DNA of 64,000 nucleotides from a virus: positions 32,001 to 96,000 of the IMG/VR virus record IMGVR_UViG_3300032213_003338; one strand, given 5' to 3'. Below are positions 1 through 9,710 of this stretch, in pieces. The translations under genes and the position numbers were made by a program. The notes below the pieces were generated by a model, which ran no database searches, had not been told where the DNA came from, and saw nothing but the letters and a program-made list of their open reading frames with translations. Numbering within the stretch: position 1 is the stretch's first letter; every line of letters starts with the position of its first letter.

Positions 1-116
1 ATCCGATTTTCTACGCTTCTTTTAATTATGCAAAGGAAAGGCGTAAGGACAATCTAGCTGAAAGAGAGCGTGCGATTTCTGCAATCGCTGGACCAAATAC
101 GTCGCCAGAAAATCTG

Positions 117-581
117 GTGACGATCCGTTCCATGTATGATCAGACAACTCATCTGCGAACAACTGCCCGTGAGCTTTTGCTTACGATGGACTTTGTTCCT
201 ACGCCACCGAATGTTCTTGATAACTACAGCCATCTTCACGATGAGCTGTGGACGTCAATCGAGTGCCTGGCCAAGTGTGGTGTTTACTTGCTTCACACAA
301 ATCATCTGTCTGACATCGACTTGTACTCTCGTCTGTACTACAAGATCTTTGACGAAGAGTGTGCAATCATGCCTCCTAGTAATGAGGCTCATGAGTACAT
401 TGACTGCATGCACGAAGTCGATCGATTTTTCCTGAATGATCAGATTGACACTAGCACTAGCAAAAATGAGAGCATTTACGCAAGGGGACCAATCTGCAAG
501 AAGTTCACAAGAGAAGCTGCAAGCAATGCGTTTTCGCACAGCCGAGACTTTTTCCTTCCTCGTCCTGACAGCATTATCTGA
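117..581 (+). CDS. hypothetical protein
   Basis: 154-aa ORF in co-oriented early gene run. Confidence 0.6.
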   Translation: MTIRSMYDQTTHLRTTARELLLTMDFVPTPPNVLDNYSHLHDELWTSIECLAKCGVYLLHTNHLSDIDLYSRLYYKIFDEECAIMPPSNEAHEYIDCMHEVDRFFLNDQIDTSTSKNESIYARGPICKKFTREAASNAFSHSRDFFLPRPDSII

Positions 582-604
582 GGCTTATAAGAAAGGATCA
601 TCAA

Positions 605-991
605 ATGGGACTTGATCAATGGTGCTACGCGTGTGATTGCGATGAAATCCCTGATGGGGTTCGTGTTGACTTTTGCAGACCAGACTCCAGTGTTGAAATC
701 GCTTACTGGCGAAAGCATCCTAATCTCCATGGCTGGATGGAGGATCTCTATAGAAAGCGTGGTGGCACTGATGAGCAGTTTAACTGCACTGCGGTTGAGC
801 TGACACTGAGTGACCTAGAAAATCTCGAGGACTCCATTCGAGAAGATGGTCTTCCTGATACTGTTGGCTTTTTCTTTGGTCAGTCTTACAGAGATGAAGA
901 ACAGAGAAAGGAAGATCTTGACTTTGTAGAAAGAGCTAAGAAGTTAATCGTTGAGGAAGACAAGCGAATCTTCTACACTTCTTGGTGGTGA
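605..991 (+). CDS. conserved phage hypothetical protein (MGLD...EIAYWRKH...FFFG...YTSWW family)
   Basis: AAAGGA SD; motif pattern typical of a widespread phage family. Confidence 0.75.
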   Translation: MGLDQWCYACDCDEIPDGVRVDFCRPDSSVEIAYWRKHPNLHGWMEDLYRKRGGTDEQFNCTAVELTLSDLENLEDSIREDGLPDTVGFFFGQSYRDEEQRKEDLDFVERAKKLIVEEDKRIFYTSWW

Positions 992-1072
992 ATCATTTCT
1001 TTCTAGAAGAAGAATCATTCACACAAAGCGTTGATCAACACGACAAACCCCAATACATAATGGATACTGAGA

Positions 1073-1306
1073 ATGGGCATTCTACAAGAAAATGTCCAGA
1101 TTCAAAAAGAAAGTAAGAAAGTGCGAAACCTCAGCAAGCAGAAGGTAACTCTTATTGTTGTTCTGTTCATCGTAAGTCTTTGCATCACAGGTGTTTGCTA
1201 CTACATGGCCTGGAAGGGTCAGTATTGGGGACTTTGTGGTGCATTTGGACTTACTTTGTGGAGTGGTGTGGCTAAGGTTATTGGCAAAGCAATCACGGAG
1301 GCCTGA
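1073..1306 (+). CDS. small membrane protein
   Basis: two hydrophobic segments. Confidence 0.6.
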   Translation: MGILQENVQIQKESKKVRNLSKQKVTLIVVLFIVSLCITGVCYYMAWKGQYWGLCGAFGLTLWSGVAKVIGKAITEA

Positions 1307-1307
1307 T

Positions 1308-1523
1308 ATGAATTTTGAAATCACCAAGAATTGCGTTGTTACTCACAAGTCTTACACTGTCTTTGTTCAGCTACAGGACTTTGTGGATTGGCAGGAACGT
1401 AGAAAGCTAGCCAAGAATGCTTTTCCTTATCTGAGCACAGCAGATAGGGAGTTCATCATTAGTGGTATTTCTCCTGATGGATGGGATCAGATCTTTACCG
1501 AAGACGCTTCTGACGAGTCATAA
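1308..1523 (+). CDS. conserved phage hypothetical protein (AFPYLS..REFIISG...W motif)
   Basis: GGAGG SD, ATG at 1308; recognisable small phage family. Confidence 0.7.
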   Translation: MNFEITKNCVVTHKSYTVFVQLQDFVDWQERRKLAKNAFPYLSTADREFIISGISPDGWDQIFTEDASDES

Positions 1524-1540
1524 CCAAAAAAATAGCCATA

Positions 1541-1849
1541 ATGAGCCAAAAGAGAAAGCACGCACGCAATATCCGATTCGCCTCTCAACACCTGATGAGA
1601 AAGGCAAACAGAGCAGCAGCAAGACTGGATAAGGCGACCAACAAGGATCTTGTGGAGTTTTATGATCTTCTCTACACAGATCTATCAAACGCTTGGATGA
1701 ACGCAAACAAGCGCTACACCGAATGGGAAGCACGAAACGGGTATCTGGATGATGATTGGTCTCCTATGGACGATAGCAGAAATTACTATCGCTACGAGGC
1801 CTGCATGAGTGTTGGTGACTACGAAGGTGCAAACGACTGCTTTCGTTAA
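1541..1849 (+). CDS. hypothetical protein
   Basis: ORF in gene run. Confidence 0.55.
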   Translation: MSQKRKHARNIRFASQHLMRKANRAAARLDKATNKDLVEFYDLLYTDLSNAWMNANKRYTEWEARNGYLDDDWSPMDDSRNYYRYEACMSVGDYEGANDCFR

Positions 1850-1909
1850 GACCACATAAAACACTCTAAAACCACAAAAACACACCACCACAACATCCAC
1901 AATACTGTT

Positions 1910-2509
1910 GTGAACACAGAAAACCGCGAAAAACCAAACTTTCATTTGAGGACTTCTGTGAAAGATAATTTACCTGATGAAACTCCTCAGAATCCACCCG
2001 TAGACCGCGAGTCTCTCCATACCCTTATCTGTCTTACTCCTATGTATACAGATGGGATTGTTAAGACGGAGTGGGTTCGAATACAGTGTTCAAATACGCT
2101 CAAAAAGCAGCCCTGGCTGCTCAGAAACGCGTTTTGTGCTTTGGCGTGGGATAAGATCCGTGGACTTTTCTTTGACTGGAGACTGATGATGGCACGATCC
2201 AAGGACGCAAATAAGAAGGAAACGATTAAGGTAATGTCTACTGACGTCCAGCTTACCAACGATGACAGGCAGTTGTCTATTTACGAACTGCTTTACGCCA
2301 CGCAATGTCAGGCGATTTCCGAATTCATTGAGATGATGGCTCGTGACGGAAACATGACCGATGAGCAGCTTGACTTTATTCAGAGGAAGCTTCTTGGCGG
2401 TCTTTCTGATAGCGCAAAGGCGGCTCTTGTCATTCGCGCCATGTACGGAAATCGAAAGGATCAATTTACCTTTGCCGACAAGACAAACCGCAAGCCGGAG
2501 GCTTTCTAA
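1910..2509 (+). CDS. hypothetical protein
   Basis: 199-aa ORF, TAATG coupling to next gene. Confidence 0.6.
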   Translation: MNTENREKPNFHLRTSVKDNLPDETPQNPPVDRESLHTLICLTPMYTDGIVKTEWVRIQCSNTLKKQPWLLRNAFCALAWDKIRGLFFDWRLMMARSKDANKKETIKVMSTDVQLTNDDRQLSIYELLYATQCQAISEFIEMMARDGNMTDEQLDFIQRKLLGGLSDSAKAALVIRAMYGNRKDQFTFADKTNRKPEAF

Positions 2510-2886
2510 TGCTTACTCATGAAATTGAATTTGATACGAAGACACTCAAGAACAAGCCATTCTGTGATGTGATGCGGCGTGAGTTTGGGGACTTTAACAA
2601 GATCGCCGTTCAGTTTTCTGTTACCAAATGGCGTTCTTTCCTTGAATCTCCAAGGCATTATACATACGAAGCAAAGGAAATCCTTGTTCACAGTGTTTAT
2701 GCCACAAATACCGAAACAGAAGATTACGTTGAATACGAAGATCCACAAGACGCACTGAGCGAAAACGGATACAGGCACATAATTGGCCTGTGTTTTAACG
2801 AATGCTCAGAAAACCCAAATATAGTTGTGGAGTTTGTTGAAGAGGCTCTCAATAGGAACCAGCCCGACAGATACGAGGAAGCTTGA
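2509..2886 (+). CDS. hypothetical protein
   Basis: GGAGG SD, coupled start. Confidence 0.65.
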   Translation: MLTHEIEFDTKTLKNKPFCDVMRREFGDFNKIAVQFSVTKWRSFLESPRHYTYEAKEILVHSVYATNTETEDYVEYEDPQDALSENGYRHIIGLCFNECSENPNIVVEFVEEALNRNQPDRYEEA

Positions 2887-2887
2887 T

Positions 2888-3118
2888 ATGGAACCGAAGA
2901 TTGATAAGGCTTGTGCCGAGCACATTTCTCGTGAAGTCAATAAGATCCTGAGAATGGCAAGTCCCAAGATGTCTGAGGAGGACTTTTTCAGCATTGAAAT
3001 GGCTGCAGAGGGTCTCATGCAGTACATTTACAAGAACTCTATGACTGAAGAAGAGGAAGAAGACCAGACCCTTCTGGATGAGCAAACGGCAAATTACTAC
3101 AGAGATCTTGGTCTGTAA
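2888..3118 (+). CDS. hypothetical protein
   Basis: ATG at 2888 just after upstream stop. Confidence 0.6.
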   Translation: MEPKIDKACAEHISREVNKILRMASPKMSEEDFFSIEMAAEGLMQYIYKNSMTEEEEEDQTLLDEQTANYYRDLGL

Positions 3119-3135
3119 ATAAAAGGAAGCAACCA

Positions 3136-3381
3136 ATGAATGACACGGAAATCATAAACTCATTGATGCGTATTGACGGAAGATCGCAGAGCATCAATAT
3201 GATTGCTGCTAATCAAATTCGAGATCTAAATATCGAAATCGAACGCCTTCGCGCCGAGCGCGATGAGGCAAGACAAGAGGTATGCTCTCTTAAAAGTCTA
3301 GATCGTTGTTGTGTAATTTCCCCAAAGGGATACGCAGAATTACGAAAGTGGGACTGTTTCTCCAAGGAGGATGGCAAGTGA
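3136..3381 (+). CDS. hypothetical protein, ERDEAR..VC...WDC family; cassette 1
   Basis: AAAGGA SD; ends KEDGK*. Confidence 0.7.
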   Translation: MNDTEIINSLMRIDGRSQSINMIAANQIRDLNIEIERLRAERDEARQEVCSLKSLDRCCVISPKGYAELRKWDCFSKEDGK

Positions 3382-3578
3382 GCGAAGAAGAGCGCGAGTA
3401 CCTGAACGAAACGATCAGGAACCTCAACAGTCAACTGGTTGATGCGTTGCGTGAGCGCAACGAGGCGAGGCGGGAGGTGTGCCAGTGCCGCTCCACTTCA
3501 TACCCACATGACATGAAGGAAGTATATGAAATTGCAGATTCCCGTGGTTGGGACTGCTACAAGGAGGACGGCAAGTGA
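3378..3578 (+). CDS. hypothetical protein, ERNEARR.VC...GWDC family; cassette 2
   Basis: GTG start inside junction repeat; ends KEDGK*. Confidence 0.7.
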   Translation: MSEEEREYLNETIRNLNSQLVDALRERNEARREVCQCRSTSYPHDMKEVYEIADSRGWDCYKEDGK

Positions 3579-3838
3579 ACAGAGAACGCTACATCGAACT
3601 CAACACCACGGGACAGGATCTCACCCCCGAAGAGTGGGATCAGGGTTGGCATTGGTGTGTTGAATGGGATGGCTTGCTTGTAGGCCCGAACACCGAAGAG
3701 GCTCTTGTCTGCTCTTGCAACCATCCTGTCATCGAAGCATGGAAGCAGTCTGATGCTGGCAAGAAGTTGCAAGAGGAACTTGATAAGCGGTTTGAAGAAA
3801 TTAATGAAAAAAACTTCCTCATGGAGGACGGCAAGTGA
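3575..3838 (+). CDS. hypothetical protein; cassette 3
   Basis: GTG start in junction repeat; ends EDGK*. Confidence 0.7.
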   Translation: MNRERYIELNTTGQDLTPEEWDQGWHWCVEWDGLLVGPNTEEALVCSCNHPVIEAWKQSDAGKKLQEELDKRFEEINEKNFLMEDGK

Positions 3839-4029
3839 GCAAGAAGAAGCGCAAGACCAAGATCACGAAGACTCAGCGAATCGAACAGCAACTCAAGTTG
3901 CTGTACAGGACAATGGATGAGTATCGGGACATGGAAAACAAACTGGTCGCAACTGGTGATCGGATGTTCCACCGCATCTACCAACTGGAACAGATTGCGC
4001 GAGGCTGGGACAAGGAGGACGGCAAGTGA
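3835..4029 (+). CDS. hypothetical protein; cassette 4
   Basis: GTG start in junction repeat; ends GWDKEDGK*. Confidence 0.7.
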   Translation: MSKKKRKTKITKTQRIEQQLKLLYRTMDEYRDMENKLVATGDRMFHRIYQLEQIARGWDKEDGK

Positions 4030-4526
4030 GAATCATCATGATGGTCGAAATTTCTGATGGCGAAACCGAGTCTTTTTGGTCGCAGTTTGAAAAGATGGTT
4101 GAAGATTCGAAAGTTGAGGGTTTTTTCTCGCTTTGTCAAAACGGAAACTCCCTTGCCCATGAGCTTCCTCCGCATATGTCACACGAGAAATCTTTGGCTC
4201 AGGCGATCTCTGCTATGGAGCAGGACTTTCTTTGTGATTCTAATGAGCATGTTAGAACTGAAAGAACTGGAGAAGAGCATCTTAGCCTAGCCTATCAGGA
4301 AGAGGCTAGACAGGCTTGGTATGAAAATACTTACGGGCCAGATGGAGGAGAATTTGATGACCGAGATGATTATGACCCAAGAGAAGATGATGATTTAGAT
4401 GAAGAAGTTGACAGTGGCGATTTGAGCGACTCAATGAATAAGATTTGCGACAAATACGAAGACGTTTTCAAGAGGCTTAGTGAAACAGACTCAAAAGAAA
4501 ATCCGCATAAGGAAGGTGCTGACTAA
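4026..4526 (+). CDS. acidic hypothetical protein
   Basis: GTG start in last junction repeat. Confidence 0.65.
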   Translation: MRIIMMVEISDGETESFWSQFEKMVEDSKVEGFFSLCQNGNSLAHELPPHMSHEKSLAQAISAMEQDFLCDSNEHVRTERTGEEHLSLAYQEEARQAWYENTYGPDGGEFDDRDDYDPREDDDLDEEVDSGDLSDSMNKICDKYEDVFKRLSETDSKENPHKEGAD

Positions 4527-4610
4527 TGGACCAGCAAACAATCATGCATATGTTTATTTCTGATCTCTCAACCGCCATTTTTACAAACAAGCCAGTCAAG
4601 GAGGTCTTTG

Positions 4611-5369
4611 ATGCCTACGAACAAACTTTCAGAGTCTGTGCTAAGTCTTCCGGTAATAACGACATGGGTAATTCAGAGGTACAAGGGGAAAATCTCAGCG
4701 GATCTGCAGAAGTTCAAGACAATCAAGCAGGCTGATCTGGTTCACGGTAAGTTTTCGTCCCCGTCAAAAATGCCGGGATGGGGATACGCCTTGCCGTCAA
4801 GCAAGTGCAAGACAGGTGGAAAGCTGAGGTTTGTTGCTGGTTCTGTTTGCTTTTCTTGCTATGCAGCTGACGACTGGGCTTGGGCCAAGCAAGGAGGCCA
4901 TCACTCAAACTATCCCTGGAGCAATGTAAAGTCAGCAAACGCAAGGCGATTTGAGTCTTTGACTAATCAGCAATGGGTTCCATCAATCGTTTTCACCATT
5001 CTCAAGAGAAAGTGTAAGGAGTTTAGGTGGCACGACAGCGGAGACCTCCAGTCGCTTAATCACTTTTTCAATATCTGCAAGGTTTGCGAGAACACACCGA
5101 ATACTATTCATTGGCTTCCTACAAGAGAGTACGAGATCATTGATTCGGTTGATTTCAGTATTCCTGACAACCTTTGTGTTCGTGTTTCTGCACATATTGT
5201 CGGAAAGAACGCACCAAGACGATTCGCTAACACATCAATAGTTGTAGATGACCCTTCTGGTCACCAACATGTTTGCCCTGTGACAACAGACGAAGACCGT
5301 AAAAACTGCGAAGACTGCAGAAACTGCTGGGATAAATCGATTCCAACAATTGCTTACGTGAGGCACTAA
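4611..5369 (+). CDS. phage gp88-family Cys-rich protein
   Basis: PSKMPG, CxxCYA, FRWHDSGD, HWLPTRE, CxxCRxCW motifs; AAGGAGG SD at 4598. Confidence 0.8.
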   Translation: MPTNKLSESVLSLPVITTWVIQRYKGKISADLQKFKTIKQADLVHGKFSSPSKMPGWGYALPSSKCKTGGKLRFVAGSVCFSCYAADDWAWAKQGGHHSNYPWSNVKSANARRFESLTNQQWVPSIVFTILKRKCKEFRWHDSGDLQSLNHFFNICKVCENTPNTIHWLPTREYEIIDSVDFSIPDNLCVRVSAHIVGKNAPRRFANTSIVVDDPSGHQHVCPVTTDEDRKNCEDCRNCWDKSIPTIAYVRH

Positions 5370-5728
5370 TGAAAGACATTGCTCTTGTTTTCAAAAACGT
5401 TTACGTTCCGAACGACTCAGTTCCGTACACTATCAGAGTTGAGGCCTCTGTTGACTTCTTGAACGAGGACGAAGACGACGACGATTGTCACATGGATTTT
5501 GTTTCTTCAGTCTGGGATATCAAGGAAATCAGGCTTACTGACTACACTAGGCACAGCAAGGCTAGTGTTGAGACATCCTGGGGTGTTGGTTTTTCACTTG
5601 TTGACAACAGCGAATACAAGAAGGTTGCTGATTTTGTAAGCTCATTTGATTTTGCAGAGATGGTTTACGACAGAATCGTGTCTGGAAACACTGGATCTGA
5701 AATCATTTACGGAGACTACTGGCTATGA
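5369..5728 (+). CDS. hypothetical protein
   Basis: TAATG coupling. Confidence 0.6.
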   Translation: MKDIALVFKNVYVPNDSVPYTIRVEASVDFLNEDEDDDDCHMDFVSSVWDIKEIRLTDYTRHSKASVETSWGVGFSLVDNSEYKKVADFVSSFDFAEMVYDRIVSGNTGSEIIYGDYWL

Positions 5729-5874
5729 AGGTTATAGTCGTTTTTGATTACCCAGACATCAACGATGTAAACGGTCCACTTGCAGATGAAGAAATTGACA
5801 CCTTGACCATTGATCTAAAGAATCTTGCCAAGGATGTTGGATACAAGTGGTACATTGATGATGTGGTAGGCTAA
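5725..5874 (+). CDS. small hypothetical protein (49 aa, not in ORF track)
   Basis: ATGA overlap; MKVIVVFDYP...DDVVG* fills the gap. Confidence 0.55.
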   Translation: MKVIVVFDYPDINDVNGPLADEEIDTLTIDLKNLAKDVGYKWYIDDVVG

Positions 5875-5889
5875 TAAAAGGAACAAGTC

Positions 5890-6279
5890 ATGGCATTCAA
5901 AAGATTCATGTTTAACAACAAGACGGTGGTCTCGCTTGATGGATTTGATAACATCACGAGGCGAAGACCAGCTGACATGACAGCGCTTGAAACATACGTA
6001 AAATTTTGGTCTAGATCTTATTCGACACTTACTGTTGGTTGCGAGATTTTTGTTTGTGATAGTGTGTATTCTTATTCCACACAGTGGTCAAAGGGTCAAA
6101 TTCACAGACCTACCATTCTTCGTGCATCATTTTGGCATTCCAAAGAAAACAAAGAAGATCCAATTAATTTTAAGATCTGTAGTTCTTATGGTCTAAGATT
6201 GGAGAATCCAGAGGCGAGTTTTGATGAATTGAAGCTTGTTTCTGTGATTGTATCTGAAAAGATCAAAAGTATGCTCTAG
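5890..6279 (+). CDS. hypothetical protein
   Basis: AAAGGA SD. Confidence 0.6.
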   Translation: MAFKRFMFNNKTVVSLDGFDNITRRRPADMTALETYVKFWSRSYSTLTVGCEIFVCDSVYSYSTQWSKGQIHRPTILRASFWHSKENKEDPINFKICSSYGLRLENPEASFDELKLVSVIVSEKIKSML

Positions 6280-6284
6280 TGTAT
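6279..6284 (+). promoter_or_regulatory. GTGTAT putative late promoter motif
   Basis: 7 nt before ATG 6292; motif recurs before many genes. Confidence 0.55.
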
Positions 6285-6291
6285 TATAAAT

Positions 6292-6591
6292 ATGGCACTG
6301 CAAATACGTCAAATCAAGTCCGATAAAAGCCTTGGACTTTTCTGGAACGGAAACACGTTTGCATCTGTTGGTTCTGCAAAAACATTTACATCATTCAGAT
6401 CTGCAGCTGTTGAAAGTGCTAGAATATCCGTGTCATTTGGTGTTCAGACAGAGGTTGTTGATTCTGTTTCAAATCAAAATGATGCAGATCTACAGTCTGT
6501 AACATATAAAACAACTCAAGAAGTTGGAAAGAAAACATCGTCAGTCAAAGTTGAACTTTTGTCCCAAGATGAGCCTTACACGAAATCATGA
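6292..6591 (+). CDS. hypothetical protein
   Basis: ORF after GTGTAT motif. Confidence 0.6.
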   Translation: MALQIRQIKSDKSLGLFWNGNTFASVGSAKTFTSFRSAAVESARISVSFGVQTEVVDSVSNQNDADLQSVTYKTTQEVGKKTSSVKVELLSQDEPYTKS

Positions 6592-8726
6592 TCTCAAACA
6601 TTGTTTCTCCAACCGTTGAACGATTCGGTTCATTCACAGAGTCAAAGTTTGGAATTTCCTCAAGCGAGGATCTTGTTTACATCTTTGACATCCTTCGCAG
6701 CAAGCTTTACTCAAATAAGATTGCCGCTGTCGTAAGAGAGTATTCTACAAATGCCGCTGACGCAAATGTGGAAAACGGACTGCGCGACAAGCCAATCGTA
6801 ATTACAGCGCCGACAAGAATGGTCCCGCAATTCAAGGTTCGTGACTTTGGTCGCGGACTTACCGAAGAAGAGATCAGGAATGTCTATTGCATGTATGGCC
6901 GAAGCACCAAGCGTAACAGCAATGACTACACTGGTCAGCTTGGTCTTGGATCAAAAAGCGGATTTGCTTACGGAGATTCGTTCACAATTGTCTCCTACAA
7001 GGACGGCGTAAAGCATACTTATACCGCATACATTGACGAAACCAGACTTGGCTCTATCGCAAAGGTTGACGAAAGCAAGACCCAGGAAGAGAACGGTATT
7101 GAGATTGTCATTCCTGTAAATATTTCAGATATCCGTTCTTTCGAGAGCGAGATCGCAACTGCTGTCAAGTATTTCAAGGTCAAGCCAAACGTTCTTAACA
7201 TCAGCGCCATTTCTTTCCAATCTGACGAAAAGGAGATCATCTCTGGAAAGGGCTGGAAGGTTTACGCAAATGGTGTAAACTCATATTACCAAAGTAAGGC
7301 AGTTGCTGTCATGGGAAACATTGGTTATCCAATCAATGTTCAAACCCTGACCAACAACACATACTCTGTAAACGCACTAAACTCACCAATCTGCATTGAC
7401 TTTGACATCGGAAAGCTTAGCATCTCGGCAAACAGAGAAGAGCTTGAGTACAACGAATCAACAAAGAAAGCTATTCTTGATCGTGTAAAGGAAATTGAAG
7501 CAGAAATTATTGATGTTACTGAAAAGCAGCTCAAGGACTGCAAGAACATCATTGAGGCAAAGAAGAAGTTTGGATCGTTTAACAGACACTTTAGCTGGAT
7601 TATCAACGGCAAGGTGAAGTGGAACGGCATCACGATCACAAGCAGCAGCCTTGATGTCAACACCACATTCTGCACCGCGAGACTGTACAATCCTAACGGC
7701 AAAAGCGAGGTTGTGCACCACATTTTCCTGGGCGACAATCACAGGAATGTTGAGGAGATCTTTTACCATGATGGTCAGCGTGGAAACTACGCAAAGGTAG
7801 CACACCTTGCAAAGACCAACAACTATTTCTACTGCCTTATCCAGTTTCACGACAGAACCAACGAGGACGGTGGAACTACATCGCCTGACGCATGGATAAA
7901 GGCAAACGGGCTTGATAGGAATCTTTTCAGAAACGCAAGCGTTCTTGCTGATCCGCCGAAGTCTGTCCGTGTTCCAAGAGTAAAGGGTCAGTCGTACTGC
8001 AACTGTTATTTTATCAACGATGAAAAGTCTTTGAAGTCATGGGGCACTGCTTCTGAGAATTACTCGAATGGGAAGTGCGACAAGAAGGCTGGTGGTCTTT
8101 ATATCAAAGTTGACCATTTCCTTGTCATGGTTAATGGATCTCGTACTTCCGCAAAGGATTTCATTCGCATTGTTAAGATTTTCAATGAGATAACTGGAGA
8201 CTCAATCGATCCAAACAAGATCCCGTGCTTCAGAGCAAGCGAGGCAGAATCTCTTAGCGATAAGTGGACTGACATAAACAGCTACATGATTGAAAAGCTT
8301 AATAGCTGCAGCACAATCGTTAAATACTCAAATCTACAGTCATACTCTGATATTTTCGAGTCTATTGACGGCTATTATGGTATCGGCATCTTCAATAAGA
8401 GCTTGCTGAACGCCATCTCTGCACGATCTAGCGAATTCACAGACAATACAAGGGTTTCAAACCTCATCCGTCTTTGGGAAAACATCAAAGCCTTTATGGA
8501 GGAAAACCGCAAGCAAATGAAGGGCGGCATGTACGATAAGATCAAGGATATTGGCCGCTACTTCACAATCAACGCTGATACCAATAACAAGAACGAGCCA
8601 GAGCAACTCAGAGAAGAAATTCAAAATATGGAAACAGAATACCCGCTTCTTGCTATCATCAACAGGTCTAGCAACAACAATACTGAACTGAACAAGCACA
8701 TCGTTAACTACATCGCAAAGCTCTGA
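6588..8726 (+). CDS. rIIA: rIIA-like protein (N-terminal GHKL ATPase)
   Basis: LYSNKIAAVVREYSTNAADA, DFGRGL, STKRNSNDYTGQLGLGSKS; precedes rIIB. Confidence 0.85.
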   Translation: MISNIVSPTVERFGSFTESKFGISSSEDLVYIFDILRSKLYSNKIAAVVREYSTNAADANVENGLRDKPIVITAPTRMVPQFKVRDFGRGLTEEEIRNVYCMYGRSTKRNSNDYTGQLGLGSKSGFAYGDSFTIVSYKDGVKHTYTAYIDETRLGSIAKVDESKTQEENGIEIVIPVNISDIRSFESEIATAVKYFKVKPNVLNISAISFQSDEKEIISGKGWKVYANGVNSYYQSKAVAVMGNIGYPINVQTLTNNTYSVNALNSPICIDFDIGKLSISANREELEYNESTKKAILDRVKEIEAEIIDVTEKQLKDCKNIIEAKKKFGSFNRHFSWIINGKVKWNGITITSSSLDVNTTFCTARLYNPNGKSEVVHHIFLGDNHRNVEEIFYHDGQRGNYAKVAHLAKTNNYFYCLIQFHDRTNEDGGTTSPDAWIKANGLDRNLFRNASVLADPPKSVRVPRVKGQSYCNCYFINDEKSLKSWGTASENYSNGKCDKKAGGLYIKVDHFLVMVNGSRTSAKDFIRIVKIFNEITGDSIDPNKIPCFRASEAESLSDKWTDINSYMIEKLNSCSTIVKYSNLQSYSDIFESIDGYYGIGIFNKSLLNAISARSSEFTDNTRVSNLIRLWENIKAFMEENRKQMKGGMYDKIKDIGRYFTINADTNNKNEPEQLREEIQNMETEYPLLAIINRSSNNNTELNKHIVNYIAKL

Positions 8727-8745
8727 GACCAAAGGAAATCACACA

Positions 8746-9603
8746 ATGAACACTCCTTCCATCATCTGCACTGATATCAGCATGACCGTTGTTTTCTCTG
8801 GCGAGTCTCCTAAGGTGATCAATTCTAATCACCCGAACTTCCAGAAGTGCCGTGAAGCAATTCGAAACCGCGACTGGTCGTCTCTTCACAAGATGGTCAA
8901 TGTTGAAGAGGCGGTCCGCTCTTACGTCTCCGACAACGGCAACATTACCGTTGCCAACGGAACGATTTACTACAAGGGCGAGCAGCTTCACGGTCTTATT
9001 GTTGATCGTGTTTTCCAGTTCATGCGAGAGAATCTTCCGTTTGAGCCTCTCATCAACTTCATCAATAACATGATGGAAAATCCGTCATTCCGATCCCGCA
9101 ATGAGCTTTACGGATTCCTTGAGCATGAAGGCCTTCCTATCACGGAAGACGGCCACTTCCTGGCTTATAAGGCTGTTCGTAATGACTACTACGACATCTA
9201 TAGCGGCAAGTTCTACAATGGAATCGGCACTCGCGTTTCCGTTGCTCGCCGTAACGTGGATGACGACTGCAATCGTGGATGCTCTCATGGTCTCCACGCA
9301 GGTAGTCTTGACTATGTTCGTGGATACGGCCAATCTGACTCTAAGTTCCTGATCGTCAAGATCAACCCAAAGGACGTTGTTTCTGTTCCTTCGGAGGACA
9401 GCCGCAAGCTTCGCTGCTGCGAGTATGTTGTCCTTTCCGAGTTCAAGGAGCAGCTAAACAATCCTTGCTACGGTGTCGATGGTAGCGACTTCTCTTGGGA
9501 TGATGATTTTGAGGATGAGGATGATGACTGCTGCGGCAATGATTGCTGCACTAGCAAGGCCCCAAAGACTCGTGGTGACGAGTACGATTACTACAATTAC
9601 TGA
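8746..9603 (+). CDS. rIIB: rIIB-like protein
   Basis: ITEDGHFLAYKAV, CSHGLH, VKINPKDVVSVP, KLRCCEYVV. Confidence 0.85.
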   Translation: MNTPSIICTDISMTVVFSGESPKVINSNHPNFQKCREAIRNRDWSSLHKMVNVEEAVRSYVSDNGNITVANGTIYYKGEQLHGLIVDRVFQFMRENLPFEPLINFINNMMENPSFRSRNELYGFLEHEGLPITEDGHFLAYKAVRNDYYDIYSGKFYNGIGTRVSVARRNVDDDCNRGCSHGLHAGSLDYVRGYGQSDSKFLIVKINPKDVVSVPSEDSRKLRCCEYVVLSEFKEQLNNPCYGVDGSDFSWDDDFEDEDDDCCGNDCCTSKAPKTRGDEYDYYNY

Positions 9604-9650
9604 AAACACTGTAGACAAGCAACTGAATAATTGCTAGAATCACTTCGGGA

Positions 9651-9692
9651 TGGGGGAGGTAGAGCGGCGTGTAGCTGTTTCTGCCTCTCCCA
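9651..9692 (+). other. long intergenic hairpin without U-tract
   Basis: TGGGGGAGGTAGAGCGGC / GCTGTTTCTGCCTCTCCCA inverted repeat with G-U pairs. Confidence 0.6.
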
Positions 9693-9710
9693 CAACACTA
9701 AGGATTTACG

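Larger units (their letters stand above)
3363..4029 (+). repeat. four copies of 19-nt junction repeat CAWGGAGGAYGGCAAGTGA (3363-3381, 3560-3578, 3820-3838, 4011-4029)
   Basis: read directly; each contains an SD plus overlapping GTG start/TGA stop and encodes EDGK*. Confidence 0.9.

Noticed and set aside
3363-4029. EDGK repeats as a CRISPR array
   Set aside because: Intervals are about 190-260 nt and are intact coupled ORFs; the repeat is not palindromic; no cas operon
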